Part shown: one piece after another, positions 35,505 to 46,692 of the stretch | Layout: the number at the start of each line of letters is the position of its first letter | Position numbering within the stretch: the stretch's first letter is position 1 | DNA from: Azolla caroliniana | Taxonomy: Eukaryota; Plantae; Polypodiophyta | Assembly: GCA_043228905.1 (NCBI GenBank) | Contig: JBHGNT010000016.1 | Location: 5,332,001-5,396,000 of the forward strand | Direction of reading: 5' to 3' | Length of the DNA stretch: 64,000 nucleotides | Made by a program: the position numbers and the translations under genes | Notes under the pieces: generated by a model | Seen by the model: the letters and a program-made list of their open reading frames with translations, nothing else | Database searches by the model: none | What the model was told of the DNA's origin: nothing

Positions 35505-35568
35505 CGTATGTGTATGTGTATGTGTATGTGTATACGTATACGTATGTGTATACGTATGTGTATATGTA

Positions 35569-35600
<32 letters not shown>
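35080..35600. repeat. Compound tandem repeat: three roughly 65-bp units, each followed by a hexamer microsatellite (TATATG or TGTGTA)
   Basis: GCATGTTGGC..GTGTGGAGG.CCCCATGGAGGAACATG.CCC.CTCT at about 35089, 35189 and 35349. Confidence 0.9.
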
Positions 35601-35601
<1 letters not shown>

Positions 35602-35659
35602 AAATGTCATCCACTACTACTTCATACATATGCATATATATATTGTCCACTAGTTCATC

Positions 35660-35681
35660 TCCACGTGGCTAGCCACGTGGA
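35660..35681. promoter_or_regulatory. Perfect 22-bp palindrome containing two G-boxes (CCACGTGG)
   Basis: TCCACGTGGCTAGCCACGTGGA, about 550 bp upstream of the AS8-like ATG. Confidence 0.6.
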
Positions 35682-35989
35682 TGATAGAGACGAAGTAGTG
35701 GATAGGCTTCTTCATTCCAAAGCTTCCCCCCCTGTTTCCGCTCTCTTTCTGTGTCCCACATATCAGAGGAGATCGACGAAAGCAAGGAAGGAAAGCAGCA
35801 GCCATGGATTCTTCCAACTCTATCCAATACCAGGGGCGACCTTTATGTTCATAAAAAAAACCAGGCTCTCCAACTTCTCTCCATCTCGCTGCTTCTTCAT
35901 GTGAATCATGTCTTCCTACCATCTGTAACAAAAACCCATACGCTAATTCTCATCCTAATCCGAACCCTACCAATTTTAGAAGTGCACGG

Positions 35990-36067
35990 AAACCCTAACC
36001 CTTACAGTATCAGAAAGATAAAACGAAGTATGCCAAAATGAACCAGAAGCCTTAGCAGAAACCCTAA
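35990..36067 (+). promoter_or_regulatory. Telo-box motifs (AAACCCTAA) in the AS8-like promoter region
   Basis: AAACCCTAA at 35990-35998 and 36059-36067, with further partial ACCCTA copies nearby. Confidence 0.5.
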
Positions 36068-36228
36068 TCAAAGCTGTAAGCACAAAGAAAACAGGAATTC
36101 TTAGTAGCAGACATAGCAGCCTAGAGAGATACATCACAGAGAGGCAACAGAAGCACACAAATCAGGGATCCCTAACCCGCGCACGAGATCTAGAGAGGTG
36201 AACAAGGCGCACGAGATTTAGAAGAAAA

Positions 36229-38094
36229 ATGACAATCATTGGGCTGTTCCGGAGGTATCATAGGTGGAATCCGGTGTATCCAACATACGGTGCATTCTGG
36301 GGTGTGGGCATCGGTGCGGGGTGTGGGGTCGGGTGGGGCCCTGGTTTTGGCCCAGATGCTGTTGGCTTTGTCGGCGCAGGATGTGGTGTTGGCCTCAGCA
36401 TTGGCTTCACCTTTGTCGGCCTTGGCATTGGATTCCCAACAAATGGTCTTGCATGTCTTCCTTATGATGGTACTGTCTCTAACACATTCTAAATATATGC
36501 TCTATGCATTGTTGTACAATAAAAAAAATAGAACAATTCGCCATTGATCTCTCGTAATGGGATCAATTGCTATATATTCAAGTACAGATTTGTATCTATC
36601 ATGTGTCACGTATGAGATATAGAGAGAGCGCGCACAACGAAATGGTAGGATTGTTATTCATGTTGTATAAAATACGGTATCTGCTCATTTTAGCAGAATG
36701 AAAATGTTTATTGTTATGAATCGTCTATTAAATGCACATGTCGAGCATATATTTGCTATTAGACACGGAGCACAATGAAATGGATAGATGTAACATGAGT
36801 CTGCAGCTTGACCCATGTATGCAAGGAAGTTGTATAATAGTCTAACCATTTTATACTAGGTACAGACTAGATATGTGTTATAGAAGACCTATGGCAATCT
36901 GTTATATTAGGTATATGTTGTGCTATCTCTTGTATTAGATATATGACGTGCTATATCTTATATTCGATATATGCATATATATATATATATATATAGCAAT
37001 CCAATGATTTCACCATCCTCTCACTCATCTCTTCTATTATGTTAGAGACATACTAGAAATGCTGATAGTTGCAACATGACACACAACAATCCCGCTGCTA
37101 GTCAGGTTGCTGGCACAGAGACTTGATATTTGGGAAACATTTAGATTTCATTACAGGAGGAAAAGGGGACACTTGATTTGAAAGAATATAGGCTCTTTAA
37201 GTATATACAGGTTTTGTTTGCATTTTCAGAGGCCAACTTGACCCTCTTGGACCAGAAGAAAAAATTTCAATGTGTTTGTGAGGAGGTGATAACTTGCTCT
37301 CCATGCTTAAGAATTTTGCGAATAAGTGTCAAAATTGGGCTATGAGAGTCCATGTTGATGCCTAGGACTTGAATCTTGGTCTCCCCTCACCCAATATGCA
37401 TTTTTGGTTATTGATTGAACTCCTGGCAGTGACGGGGTCATCAGCTATTAATTTGATACAAAGGTGTGACACATAGTTTAGGACTAAATAGGTGAGGTGG
37501 TAGGAAACATTATGTGGGAATGCTATGAATTGAACTCTTGCATGTGGGTTGTTCTTCATGGATGGGATATATATCAAATAATAAAACAGCATAGTGCATT
37601 TGCCTACCATAATTTAAAATATCACCAGTTGACTATCATTATGGGTTACAGTCTTCATTAGTACTTACAATGATTAGAATGAGACAATATCCACTATGAA
37701 AATATTGTTTGTTTTTCCGTTTTCCTTCTTAGGGTCAAGTAGAATCATCATATGGAATTTTTTATCACCAAATGTGGCTTCTTTTTTGTGAGCACGAGGC
37801 ACTGATTCAACCTTTCTTGCAGCTCTCACATGTGTTTCCTGTGAAGCATTCCACCTAGCAAAGATTGCAGCACCTGTGATTTCTCACCAGGCGAACGAGA
37901 CACAAAGGAATATGTTGAAGAGTTTCGGCAATCTTCATCTTATGGATTTCTCTAGATCAATTGAAGACAATGCACGGAAGACGTGGCACTCTATAGAGAT
38001 ATCTATATCAGAATGGGAGCAGAAGCTACGAACTAGAGAACCACAGTCAATTAAGCTCGTTGAATATCCATCCAATAGCTCTATACAGAAGTGA
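36229..38094 (+). CDS. Cadmium-induced protein AS8-like glycine-rich protein; exons 36229-36469 and 37823-38094
   Basis: The N-terminus MTIIGLFRRYHRWNPVYPTYGAFWGVGIGAGCGVGWGPGFGP matches the plant AS8 family as I recall it. A phase-1 GT donor at 36470 and the TTTCTTGCAG acceptor at 37822 join in frame with ORF 37876-38094. Confidence 0.85.
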
Positions 38095-38453
38095 ATATAA
38101 TACTGCTTTCAAGTTCAGGACAACGAAGTGATTCATCTTAGAGCTCTGGATGGAAATGAATATAATACCACCTTTCAAATTGAGTGACACCAAAAAAGTC
38201 GCCATTGAAGGAGCTCTAGATGAAGGGATGATAATACTGCCTATCACAACAATGAAGAGAAACACAGTCTAGCAAAGAGATGTGTCTGAAACATACATCT
38301 AACATGTGATTTGGGGTTTACATCCCTCATTCTGTTTCGACTATTATCCATGTAACAAACCCTTTCCCTCTTCTTTTTGTACACTAGGATACTTAGCACC
38401 TCAAGTGTGTAGTAATTAACCAGTTGAGTCCTTGTGAGCTTTGTACCGTCTGG

Positions 38454-38587
38454 ACTTTGTACAATTTTGGTTGAAGCTGAAATGTTATTTGTTTGGAAGA
38501 ATTTATAAGACCTTGTCAAGACTTTGTACAATTTTTGTTGAAGCTGAAATGTTATTTGTTTGGAAGAATTTATAAGACCTTGTCAAG
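38454..38587. repeat. 67-bp tandem duplication downstream of the AS8-like gene
   Basis: ACTTTGTACAATTTT.GTTGAAGCTG...CCTTGTCAAG twice, nearly identical. Confidence 0.9.
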
Positions 38588-38777
38588 ATCCACAGGTACC
38601 ATCAATAATAGATATTATTCAAGGGTTTGGCTCAGTGGAAACTAATTTGTCAGATTGCAATTGATGAAAAGAAAGAAATGATCTATCGGATATAGAGGGA
38701 ATAAAATGTGTCGTAAAATGTGAACTATGAAAGGCTCATTTGCATTTATATCTCATTATCTGGGAAAAGATGTTCTC

Positions 38778-39195
38778 TTATGTCAGAACATGCTTCTCAT
38801 TTGCATCATAGACCATGAACTAGTGAACCCTTATATCATTACATTTAATTAGCTTGCACCATCCTCAATAGCTCATAACTATTGCATACCTTTTGGCTAA
38901 GATTTGTAATCACTTTCAACTTTCATATTGCATGAAATGCAACATTGGATGAACAATTTCTCAATGCAGTTCTGGTAATGCCCCTCTCGTATGCCAGAAC
39001 ATGCTTCTCTTTTGTTTCATAAACCATGAACTATTTGAAGGCTTATATCATTACATTTAATTAGCTTGGACTTCCTCAATAGCACATAACTCGTCTACCT
39101 TTTGTCTAAGATTTATAATCACTTTCAACTTTCATATTGCATGAAATGCAACAATGGAAGAAGAATTTCTCAATGAGACTTTTGGTAATGCCCAT
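38778..39195. repeat. Roughly 210-bp diverged tandem duplication
   Basis: TATG.CAGAACATGCTTCTC...CACTTTCAACTTTCATATTGCATGAAATGCAAC...GGTAATGCCC occurs twice. Confidence 0.85.
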
Positions 39196-41497
39196 TGTCC
39201 CCATTGATCATAAATCATGTTATTCTATTACCATCAATGTATTGAATGCATCCTTCTTGTTCGGATACAGGTACACTTCCCGAGTCTATCATGAGCATCA
39301 CTCTAACCTCAAGACTCCAAAATATCTTGATCATTATCATAATCACTGGCTTTGCAATGCCATGATTCCACGTTATATGGAACATTGATTCTATTATTTT
39401 CCAGAAGTGATCATAGTGATCATGCCTTTTCATCAACATTATAAACGTGCTTGTGTGAATTAGAAATTCAAAAAGTATGTTTACCCATTTTCAAAACTAC
39501 CTATATGACCTTATCGTTAAGCAAATAATATAGTAATTAAAGCAAATAGATACATATTATATATAGGCATGCACTTAATCATTCTAATTGTCATGATTAA
39601 GGACAATATATGGGCTTGATCTGCCTAATATTCTCAAATAACTTATTATCATATTAAAGTCGTATTAACTATTGGCAGTCAAACAAGTCAATGATGTTTC
39701 TAATTCCAAAGCTTGTTCACACTCTAACTAGACAATAATTTGTAATTAACACATGCCCACACTCTAACTAGATAGTAATTAGTAATTCATGTAAATTAGT
39801 AATTATCATTAGCAAAAGACTTTTACTTATTCATGTAAATTTATCTTTATAGCCCTACATACTTTTGTAACGTTATGTAATTAACATCTTAATTTTTCAT
39901 GAGATTAGGAGCAAAATGTATATATGTATGTTATAATGAAAAATCAGCAACAATTTTTTATGAATTTCTAATACATACAAGTATATTTTAGTGAATTCCT
40001 TATAAAGTACTCCCAAGCTTATTAGGAACTTGATAACTATGTACATCTTACAAACCCGCCATATCTGGGTTCAAACAAAGACATTAATGAAAGTATTTCA
40101 AGATATATCTCGAATGGAGGGAATTCTTTTGTGACTTTTTCATATGATGATATTTGTTGTTTGGTTCAAGGGGACAATCCTACCGTACTCTTGGAATTAT
40201 TTTAGTCCTTTTGCTGTATAGCTTTGGCTTGTTATGAAACAAAAGCTGCAAATAGTTTCTGGTATGGTGCCAAATCATTTTAACATAGTAAATTGCCTTT
40301 TGTCACTTTCAAATAATGGTAAGGCAAGCATCAAATAAAGATACGTGAACTAATACTTTTGTCTCACTCTCTACATGCACATAGTTTAGTTTCATTCCTG
40401 AACCACCACTAGTACTCGCTGGTTCTAGTTTCAATCGTGTCCTTTTTTATAGCTTTTCATGCATCTTTGTTACCGAAAATGCTATCCATCCCCAACATGC
40501 TGCAAATTTGCAAGGAAACATTGACGCATGTACCCAGCCACATACCATAATTGACGCACCAATCAAAGCTCAAACACGAGATTGACAGTCTGCTATCAAT
40601 CAGATTGGAGTTTGGAAAAGTTAAGCTGGGATATACCACATGCACAGTATCACTAAACGTTTTCCCAATGCACAAAATAATATACCTTTTCCATTTTGGG
40701 ACACAGTAACCCTAGGCTAATATTTTCTTCTTAAGCACAGACATGAAGTCATACACCACTCGAATCATGTGTGTGGAATCCTCTGTTCTCTGAGAGGAGA
40801 ACATTTTGGTGTATCCCATTGGCTCTTGCTACTAACCTCCTCAAGGACTGGGCTTACCTGTCAACATTATACATGTATGTTGAGCATTTCTGTCTAGTAA
40901 CAATTTGGTGAAAATATTGTGAAGCACACAAAACTATTCAGTGTCAAACCATTAATATCATAAAAATCTTGGCTACAAAGATTTATTACATAAGCCCACA
41001 TGTTGTGGTGTGCATTTCACAATATAATACTTTATTTTACTTGAATAAATAGCTGTAGAAAACAGAGAATCAAACATTCGATGACATCTAATAAGTAAGC
41101 ACAGCCAAGGTACCAATTATATGCAGCTAGAAAGAAACAATTTCGAGAATAAAGGGAAATTCAAGGATATTGTATCATGTATATACATAAATTTCCAAAC
41201 ACAGGTCATCCTTAGTTACTATTGCTCCAGACAGGGGAGAAGTTATTGGAGAGCTGCTTGTCAATTAAGAATTTATACTTTGAATAGAATCCAGATTCCA
41301 AATGCAACTTTATAGTAATAATGAACTTAAGAACGGAAATTATTTTCAATTCCATTGGGTTCTAACCCTGGATGTAACCTTTGCAATCAAGGTAATCTCG
41401 CCATATCAATTGCATATATTAGTTATCACCATTTTAAGCAGAAAACCCAAGAGGATATTTAAGGATTGAAATAGATGCATACCAAGATCAATGCAAT

Positions 41498-42991
41498 TCA
41501 GCTTATGCCCACAACTTTTACAGCTTCTTCCACGGAAATGAGCTTCTCTCTAGGTTTCCCTTTCTTGGCTCCTTCCATAATTTCAAACGCATTGATCTTT
41601 TCCCAATCTTTAAAAGAAATAAACTTTACACCTCGTTGTCTAAGCAATACTGTTACACCTTCACGTCCTTCATGAGATGGGTCATTAGATAGGATCCCAC
41701 TCTCCACATCTTTAATAATGGACATTGTTACTTCCTCTGCACATATAAGATTAGTGCCGATGATACCCGTAGGACCCCTTTTTAGCCAACCCACCACATA
41801 CAATCCAGGTTCACATTCAGGGTCGCCATCTTTAGAAACCACTCTTAGAACCCGTCCATTAAGGTTTGGAATCAATCCTTTTCGATGGTCAAAGCTTAGA
41901 TTATCTAATGGCAAAGACTTATAGCCTATGCTCTTGAGAATCAAACTTGAGCTCAAATTTTCAAAAACACTTGTCCCTACTGCACGTTGCCGAATACTCC
42001 CCGCTTCTTTTTCCAAAACAGTCTTCTCTAATCGCAATCCAGAAACATGATGTCCATCTTTTGTTGGTAGAAACTCCGTTGGTTGACGATAGAATACAAA
42101 ATGGAGCTCCTTTTCGTAAGATTCTAATGAGTGTTTTCCATTCATAGCTGCCTTACTTAGCAGCTCATATACACGTTTGTGAATACGGCTTGCATTAATC
42201 TCTTGTACATCTATCTCTGAGAGAGCTAAATCAGATGATCGAACAACAACATTCACTCCTTTGAGACCCAAAACCTCTCTCAGCTCTTTAGCTGTGCAAG
42301 AAATCTGTGCCGGACCTCGACGTCCAATGAGATATACTTTCTTGATCGAGCTCTTATTCAATGTTCTTAAGGCATGGTGAGCAATATCAGTGCTTTTCAG
42401 GTCCTCTACTCGCCGAAGAAGTATTCTCGCAACATCAATGGCCACATTGCCTTGCCCAAGGATGATGGCAGTATCAGAGGCACAAAGATCTACATCGAGA
42501 TTTGCACAATCAGGGTGTGCATTATACCACCATACAAATTCTCGAGCTGAAAACACACCATACAAATCTTCCCCGGGTATTCCAAGGGAATTATCACTCT
42601 CCGAACCATAGGCAAGAACCACAACGTCATATAGCTTCCGAAGCTCGATTAGATCTATGTCTTTACCTACACAGACATTTCCAAAGAAAGCTAAACGAGG
42701 GCTTGACAGAACTTTAGTGAACTGGTTCGTTACAATCTTTGTTTCTTGATGGTCAGGGGCCACGCCAGATCGCACCAGACCAAACGGAGAAGGAAGGCGA
42801 TCGAATACGTCGATCTTAGCTTCAGCAGAAAGCTTCAGAAGCTTCTCTGCTGTGTAAAGACCTGCTGGGCCACTCCCTACTATGCATACATGTAGAAGCC
42901 TACAGCAGCGAGCAGGGCTGGACACCGATCTAGGGGTGGAGCTAAATCGAAGCCGAACAGCAGAGGCGGAAGCAGAGAAGGTTTTCCACAT
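41498..42991 (-). CDS. MFDR: NADPH:adrenodoxin oxidoreductase (mitochondrial ferredoxin reductase); CDS without introns
   Basis: 497 aa. Arg/Ser-rich mitochondrial presequence, FAD motif CIVGSGPAG, PFGLVRSGVAPDH, NADP motif ILGQGNVAIDVAR, GRRGP, GWLKRGPTGII, C-terminal GKPREK. Confidence 0.96.
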   Translation of the reverse strand: MWKTFSASASAVRLRFSSTPRSVSSPARCCRLLHVCIVGSGPAGLYTAEKLLKLSAEAKIDVFDRLPSPFGLVRSGVAPDHQETKIVTNQFTKVLSSPRLAFFGNVCVGKDIDLIELRKLYDVVVLAYGSESDNSLGIPGEDLYGVFSAREFVWWYNAHPDCANLDVDLCASDTAIILGQGNVAIDVARILLRRVEDLKSTDIAHHALRTLNKSSIKKVYLIGRRGPAQISCTAKELREVLGLKGVNVVVRSSDLALSEIDVQEINASRIHKRVYELLSKAAMNGKHSLESYEKELHFVFYRQPTEFLPTKDGHHVSGLRLEKTVLEKEAGSIRQRAVGTSVFENLSSSLILKSIGYKSLPLDNLSFDHRKGLIPNLNGRVLRVVSKDGDPECEPGLYVVGWLKRGPTGIIGTNLICAEEVTMSIIKDVESGILSNDPSHEGREGVTVLLRQRGVKFISFKDWEKINAFEIMEGAKKGKPREKLISVEEAVKVVGIS

Positions 42992-43035
42992 ACCTGGGGG
43001 TCGTCTCCGATTCGTCTGTTCGACTGTTCTCGATG

Positions 43036-43510
43036 ATTCATCTGTTCGATGGTTCTCGAAGTCTGCTCTGTTGAGCTTCCATGGCCATGGCGTCCTTCAA
43101 TATTAAATAAAAAACACATGAGTTGTGGGAAAAAGAATGAATGGAAACTGATGGGCCATGATGGGCCATGACCATGACCATTACAATGACCATGACCATG
43201 ACCATGATTCATCTGTTCGATGGTTCTCGAAGTCTGCTCTGTTGTGCTTCCATGGCCCATGGCGTCCTTCAATATTAACAAAAAACACATGAGTGTGGGA
43301 AACTGAATGAATGGAAACTGATGGGCCATGACCATGACCATGATTCATCTGTTCGATGGTTCTCGAAGTCTGCTCTGTTGTGCTTCCATGGCCCATGGCG
43401 TCCTTCAATATTAACAAAAAACACATGAGTGTGGGAAACTGAATGAATGGAAACTGATGGGCCATGACCATGACCATGATGACCATTACAATGACCATGA
43501 CCATGACCAT
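43036..43510. repeat. Three roughly 120-170-bp tandem units with (CATGAC)n tracts directly upstream of MFDR
   Basis: TTCATCTGTTCGATGGTTCTCGAAGTCTGCTCTG...GGAAACTGATGGGCCATG at about 43037, 43208 and 43344. Confidence 0.9.
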
Positions 43511-43514
43511 GGCT

Positions 43515-43945
43515 TGTGGTGATGATACCATGAATCCCCGATGATGGTGATGATCACGTTATTGAGTGGTGATGTCCCCATGTTCATGTTCATGCCTTCC
43601 AAAGATCATGGTGTTGATGATGCCATGTTGGTCGTGGAGATGACCACGACCATCGCTCATGGAGATGATGTCATGAATCCCCGATGATGGTGGTGACCAC
43701 ATTTATGAGTGGTGATGTCCAGTGTTCATATTCATATCTTCCAAAGCTCATGGTGTTGATGATGCCATGGTGGTGGTCATGGTGATGACCATGACCATCG
43801 CATCGCTTGTGGAGACGATGGCATGAATCATCGATGATGTTGATGATCACATTTATGTGTGGTGTTGCCCGTGTTCATGTTCATTCATGTCTTCCAAAGA
43901 TCATGGTGGTGGTGATGATGCCATGGTTGTCATGGCAAATGGCCA
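43515..43945. repeat. Three roughly 140-bp diverged tandem units rich in GAT/GGT/CAT triplets
   Basis: CATGAATC.CCGATGATG...CTTCCAAAG.TCATGGTG.TG.TGATGCCATG at about 43529, 43671 and 43822. Confidence 0.8.
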
Positions 43946-44252
43946 TTGTTGAAGAGCACCATAACCTTTCAAATACAACATTTCTCGTGATAATATACTC
44001 CTTTTCTAGCATTCACCTCACGAAAATAAGAAGAGCCACATTGTTGCGGTTACAACAAGGGGCTAGGGTGGCCATATGGTTATCAGCTGATCAGACACCA
44101 ACAAGGAGCTTTTTAATCAATGTGAATGCCATCAATGATGGATCAATGTCCTCCTCATATAACGGCTCTGTTCAAAGTTGAGTATGACATCATTGACCTA
44201 TATCAATTTTTTTATCTTTCTACTACTTAATGTGACATGGAAAAGACACTAG

Positions 44253-44814
44253 TGTTAAGATGGTTTAGTAGTCAAGACATATTTGGAGGAGCAAATTATA
44301 AACGTGGGATTAATGAGCTCAAACCACTCCGAATGGTGGAAAAATGACCATCCAAGATATTGCTTGATATTTGAACTCGTGTCCTTTAAGTGCATCAATG
44401 ATGTAAACCTAAATAGAAGACCCAAGATATTGCTTGATATTTGATCTCATGTCCTTTAAGCTCAAGTTTTACTTATGAGCAAATTTCTAATGTGCATGGT
44501 GAACTCTACTACTCATATCTTGAAATAGGATCACTTGTGAATAGCTTTTTATAGGAGTGAATAGTTCTAGGACATTCTAGAACATTCTAGAAATCTCTAA
44601 GCTATTCTATAGGAACCTATAAATAAGGGCATACATGTATTCTCAAATCAATTCGAATCAACACCAGTCTTTAGCTCTCATTATATATCTTGTATCCATT
44701 CTCTTTCTTTCTCTATCTTATACATCCATTCTTCTCTTAGTATTTGGTTCCTTTCTTCTCGTGTTCTCTAATATCCTTCTTCCATCACTCTATCTTTTAT
44801 CCTTGGTTCTGACA
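44253..44814 (+). mobile_element. Solo LTR (about 560 bp)
   Basis: TGT...ACA termini; flanks ACTAG and ATTAG (5-bp TSD with 1 mismatch); TTCTAG repeats, CTATAAATA TATA box at about 44617, pyrimidine-rich downstream part. Confidence 0.7.
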
Positions 44815-45687
44815 ATTAGAGGTAGAACACTAGGCACTTTTAAGACTATTAGAATTAGCCTCCTTCCTAAGTGTAATTACATCATTGTTAAAGTAAGATT
44901 GCAATCGTAAAGCTCATTCATGTATTGTATAGAATTAAGTAAGAAGGAAGGTATATGTGAGGTGATAGAGGCATGAAGTTCTCCTTTTTATTCCTTGCTT
45001 TGTATAAACAATAATGTAATGATCTTCAAGAGGGAGAAAATTATTATCAAGCTTGTTAATTTGTCTTACATTTAAGCATCCCATTCTCCAATTTAATTGA
45101 AATATTGTAGGTGTTAATTAAGTTACTCAAATGTTAATCTTGGGTCATCGGATTGAGTTATCAACCCCAATTCAAATAGATATGCTATCGAGCTAAGTAG
45201 CTCCTAAGTAAAAAAGAAACTTGTCTACATTACCCTCCCAAAAAAATTGACACTAAATCTTGTGAAATTCTTACATCAACACGTCATCTAAATGTATTGT
45301 TCTATACGCACTTCTGAAAAACATTTTTCGACAAAAAATGGTTTTACTACAAAATTGATGTTTTCATAGCATTGGTTTTTAGAAGGCAATGCTAAAAAGA
45401 CTACAACCTCTGCTCATCATTTGGATATCCCTTGATATGCATTTGTAAGTTGTAACCTACCTTGTTTTGGATTCCGCACCATGACTCTCTATATCTTTCG
45501 CTATATTTGCCTTACGTTTTTGTAATCAAGATTTGGAAGTTTTTCTAATAAAACATTCCTCAAGATGTTGCATTCCTCTCTTTTGGTTCTTATAGAAATA
45601 ACATCATGTAGTTCGCATAATTGTTTTGAAATTTGGATTGTGGAATGATCCTTTCTCACCTAATGATTTCCTTACTTTTAACTCTTG

Positions 45688-46140
45688 TTTTTTTTTCAAA
45701 ATGAAGCTACTTTCCCATTACTTAAGAAGGATTATTACATAGAGAGTCTACAAGGAGACTTATACACACATGAGGGAGTCTTCCTCCGATCAAGTAAAAG
45801 AAGATGAGCCTACTTACAATGCCTTGCGGCCTAACTTAATGTAAGAAGCTACCTATATATCCAAGGCGATGCCCTTCAATGTTGCGTAGTACAAGTCAGC
45901 TCTTGGGGCCTACAACGAAGAGAGGGTGGTAGGTGAGTAGGAAACAGCCAATGTGGGGGCTGGTAGTTCCACCTCGGGCCACTCCTGCCTTGCATCACCA
46001 TAGGTGTGTTCCACCATTTCTATCAAAAGCGCAAACGGGCAGTGACCACGTCGTTGGAGTGGCTGCAAACCTCTTCCAGTTGCCCTTTATTCTATGCCAT
46101 ATCAAGGATGAGATTGATAAGGCATGATCTCATTAACAAA
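45688..46140 (-). mobile_element. Short 5'-truncated LINE 3' end (LINE-D)
   Basis: Minus-strand translation gives GPRWNYQPPHWLFP, the same terminal motif as LINE-A and LINE-C. T-run at 45688-45696. The 5' boundary is uncertain. Confidence 0.75.
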
Positions 46141-46224
46141 GTCGATATGTCTATCATTAAGAAGCCTAATGTGTGTTATGGATGATGCTAAGACGTCGTG
46201 ATAATAAAATTAATTTTTATTTAT

Positions 46225-46365
46225 ATTGGTAGTATGCATCAACATAACATTATAATATATGCTCCTTGGAGAATAATATATGATTCCTAATTAGCATTAT
46301 GAAATAAAAGGTATTATTCTCCAAGAAGCATATATTATAATGTTATGTTGATGTGCACTAACAAT
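46225..46365. repeat. Long inverted repeat/hairpin (about 54-bp arms, 33-bp spacer), MITE-like
   Basis: 46225-46278 is the reverse complement of 46312-46365 with about 5 mismatches. Confidence 0.85.
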
Positions 46366-46692
46366 TCAAACCAAACCGATTAAGCCTTACCTGGTTTGAA
46401 AGTTTTCAAACTTGAACCAAAACGATTGCTAAACAGGTTAAGGCTTAACCGGTTTGCCCAAACCGATTAATGCTCAATCGGTTTAGTAACCGGTTTGCCC
46501 AAACCGTTTAAGCCTTAGCAGTTTTAGGGACCAATTTGGCACTAAACTAAATGGTTCAGTTTGGTTTGAGCCTTGAGAAACCGAGCTCAAACCGGTGAAT
46601 GAGTTTGAAGCTTGAACTGAACCAAACCAAACCATTTAAAAACACTTTAATGTCTTGGTTCAGGCTTCAACCGAGCCATTGCCGACTACTAG
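46366..46692. mobile_element. DNA-transposon subterminal-like region with clustered AAACCG/CGGTTT motifs
   Basis: More than 10 AAACC(G/A) and GGTTT copies in both orientations. No matching second end was identified. Confidence 0.5.

Noticed and set aside
34932-35904. Long ORFs such as 35101-35904 (YM/CV/HI dipeptide runs)
   Set aside because: Artefacts of stop-free hexamer microsatellites.
43181-44181. His-rich metal-binding protein gene
   Set aside because: Frames are broken between repeat units and no transporter or chaperone domain is visible; kept only as a repeat/uORF observation.
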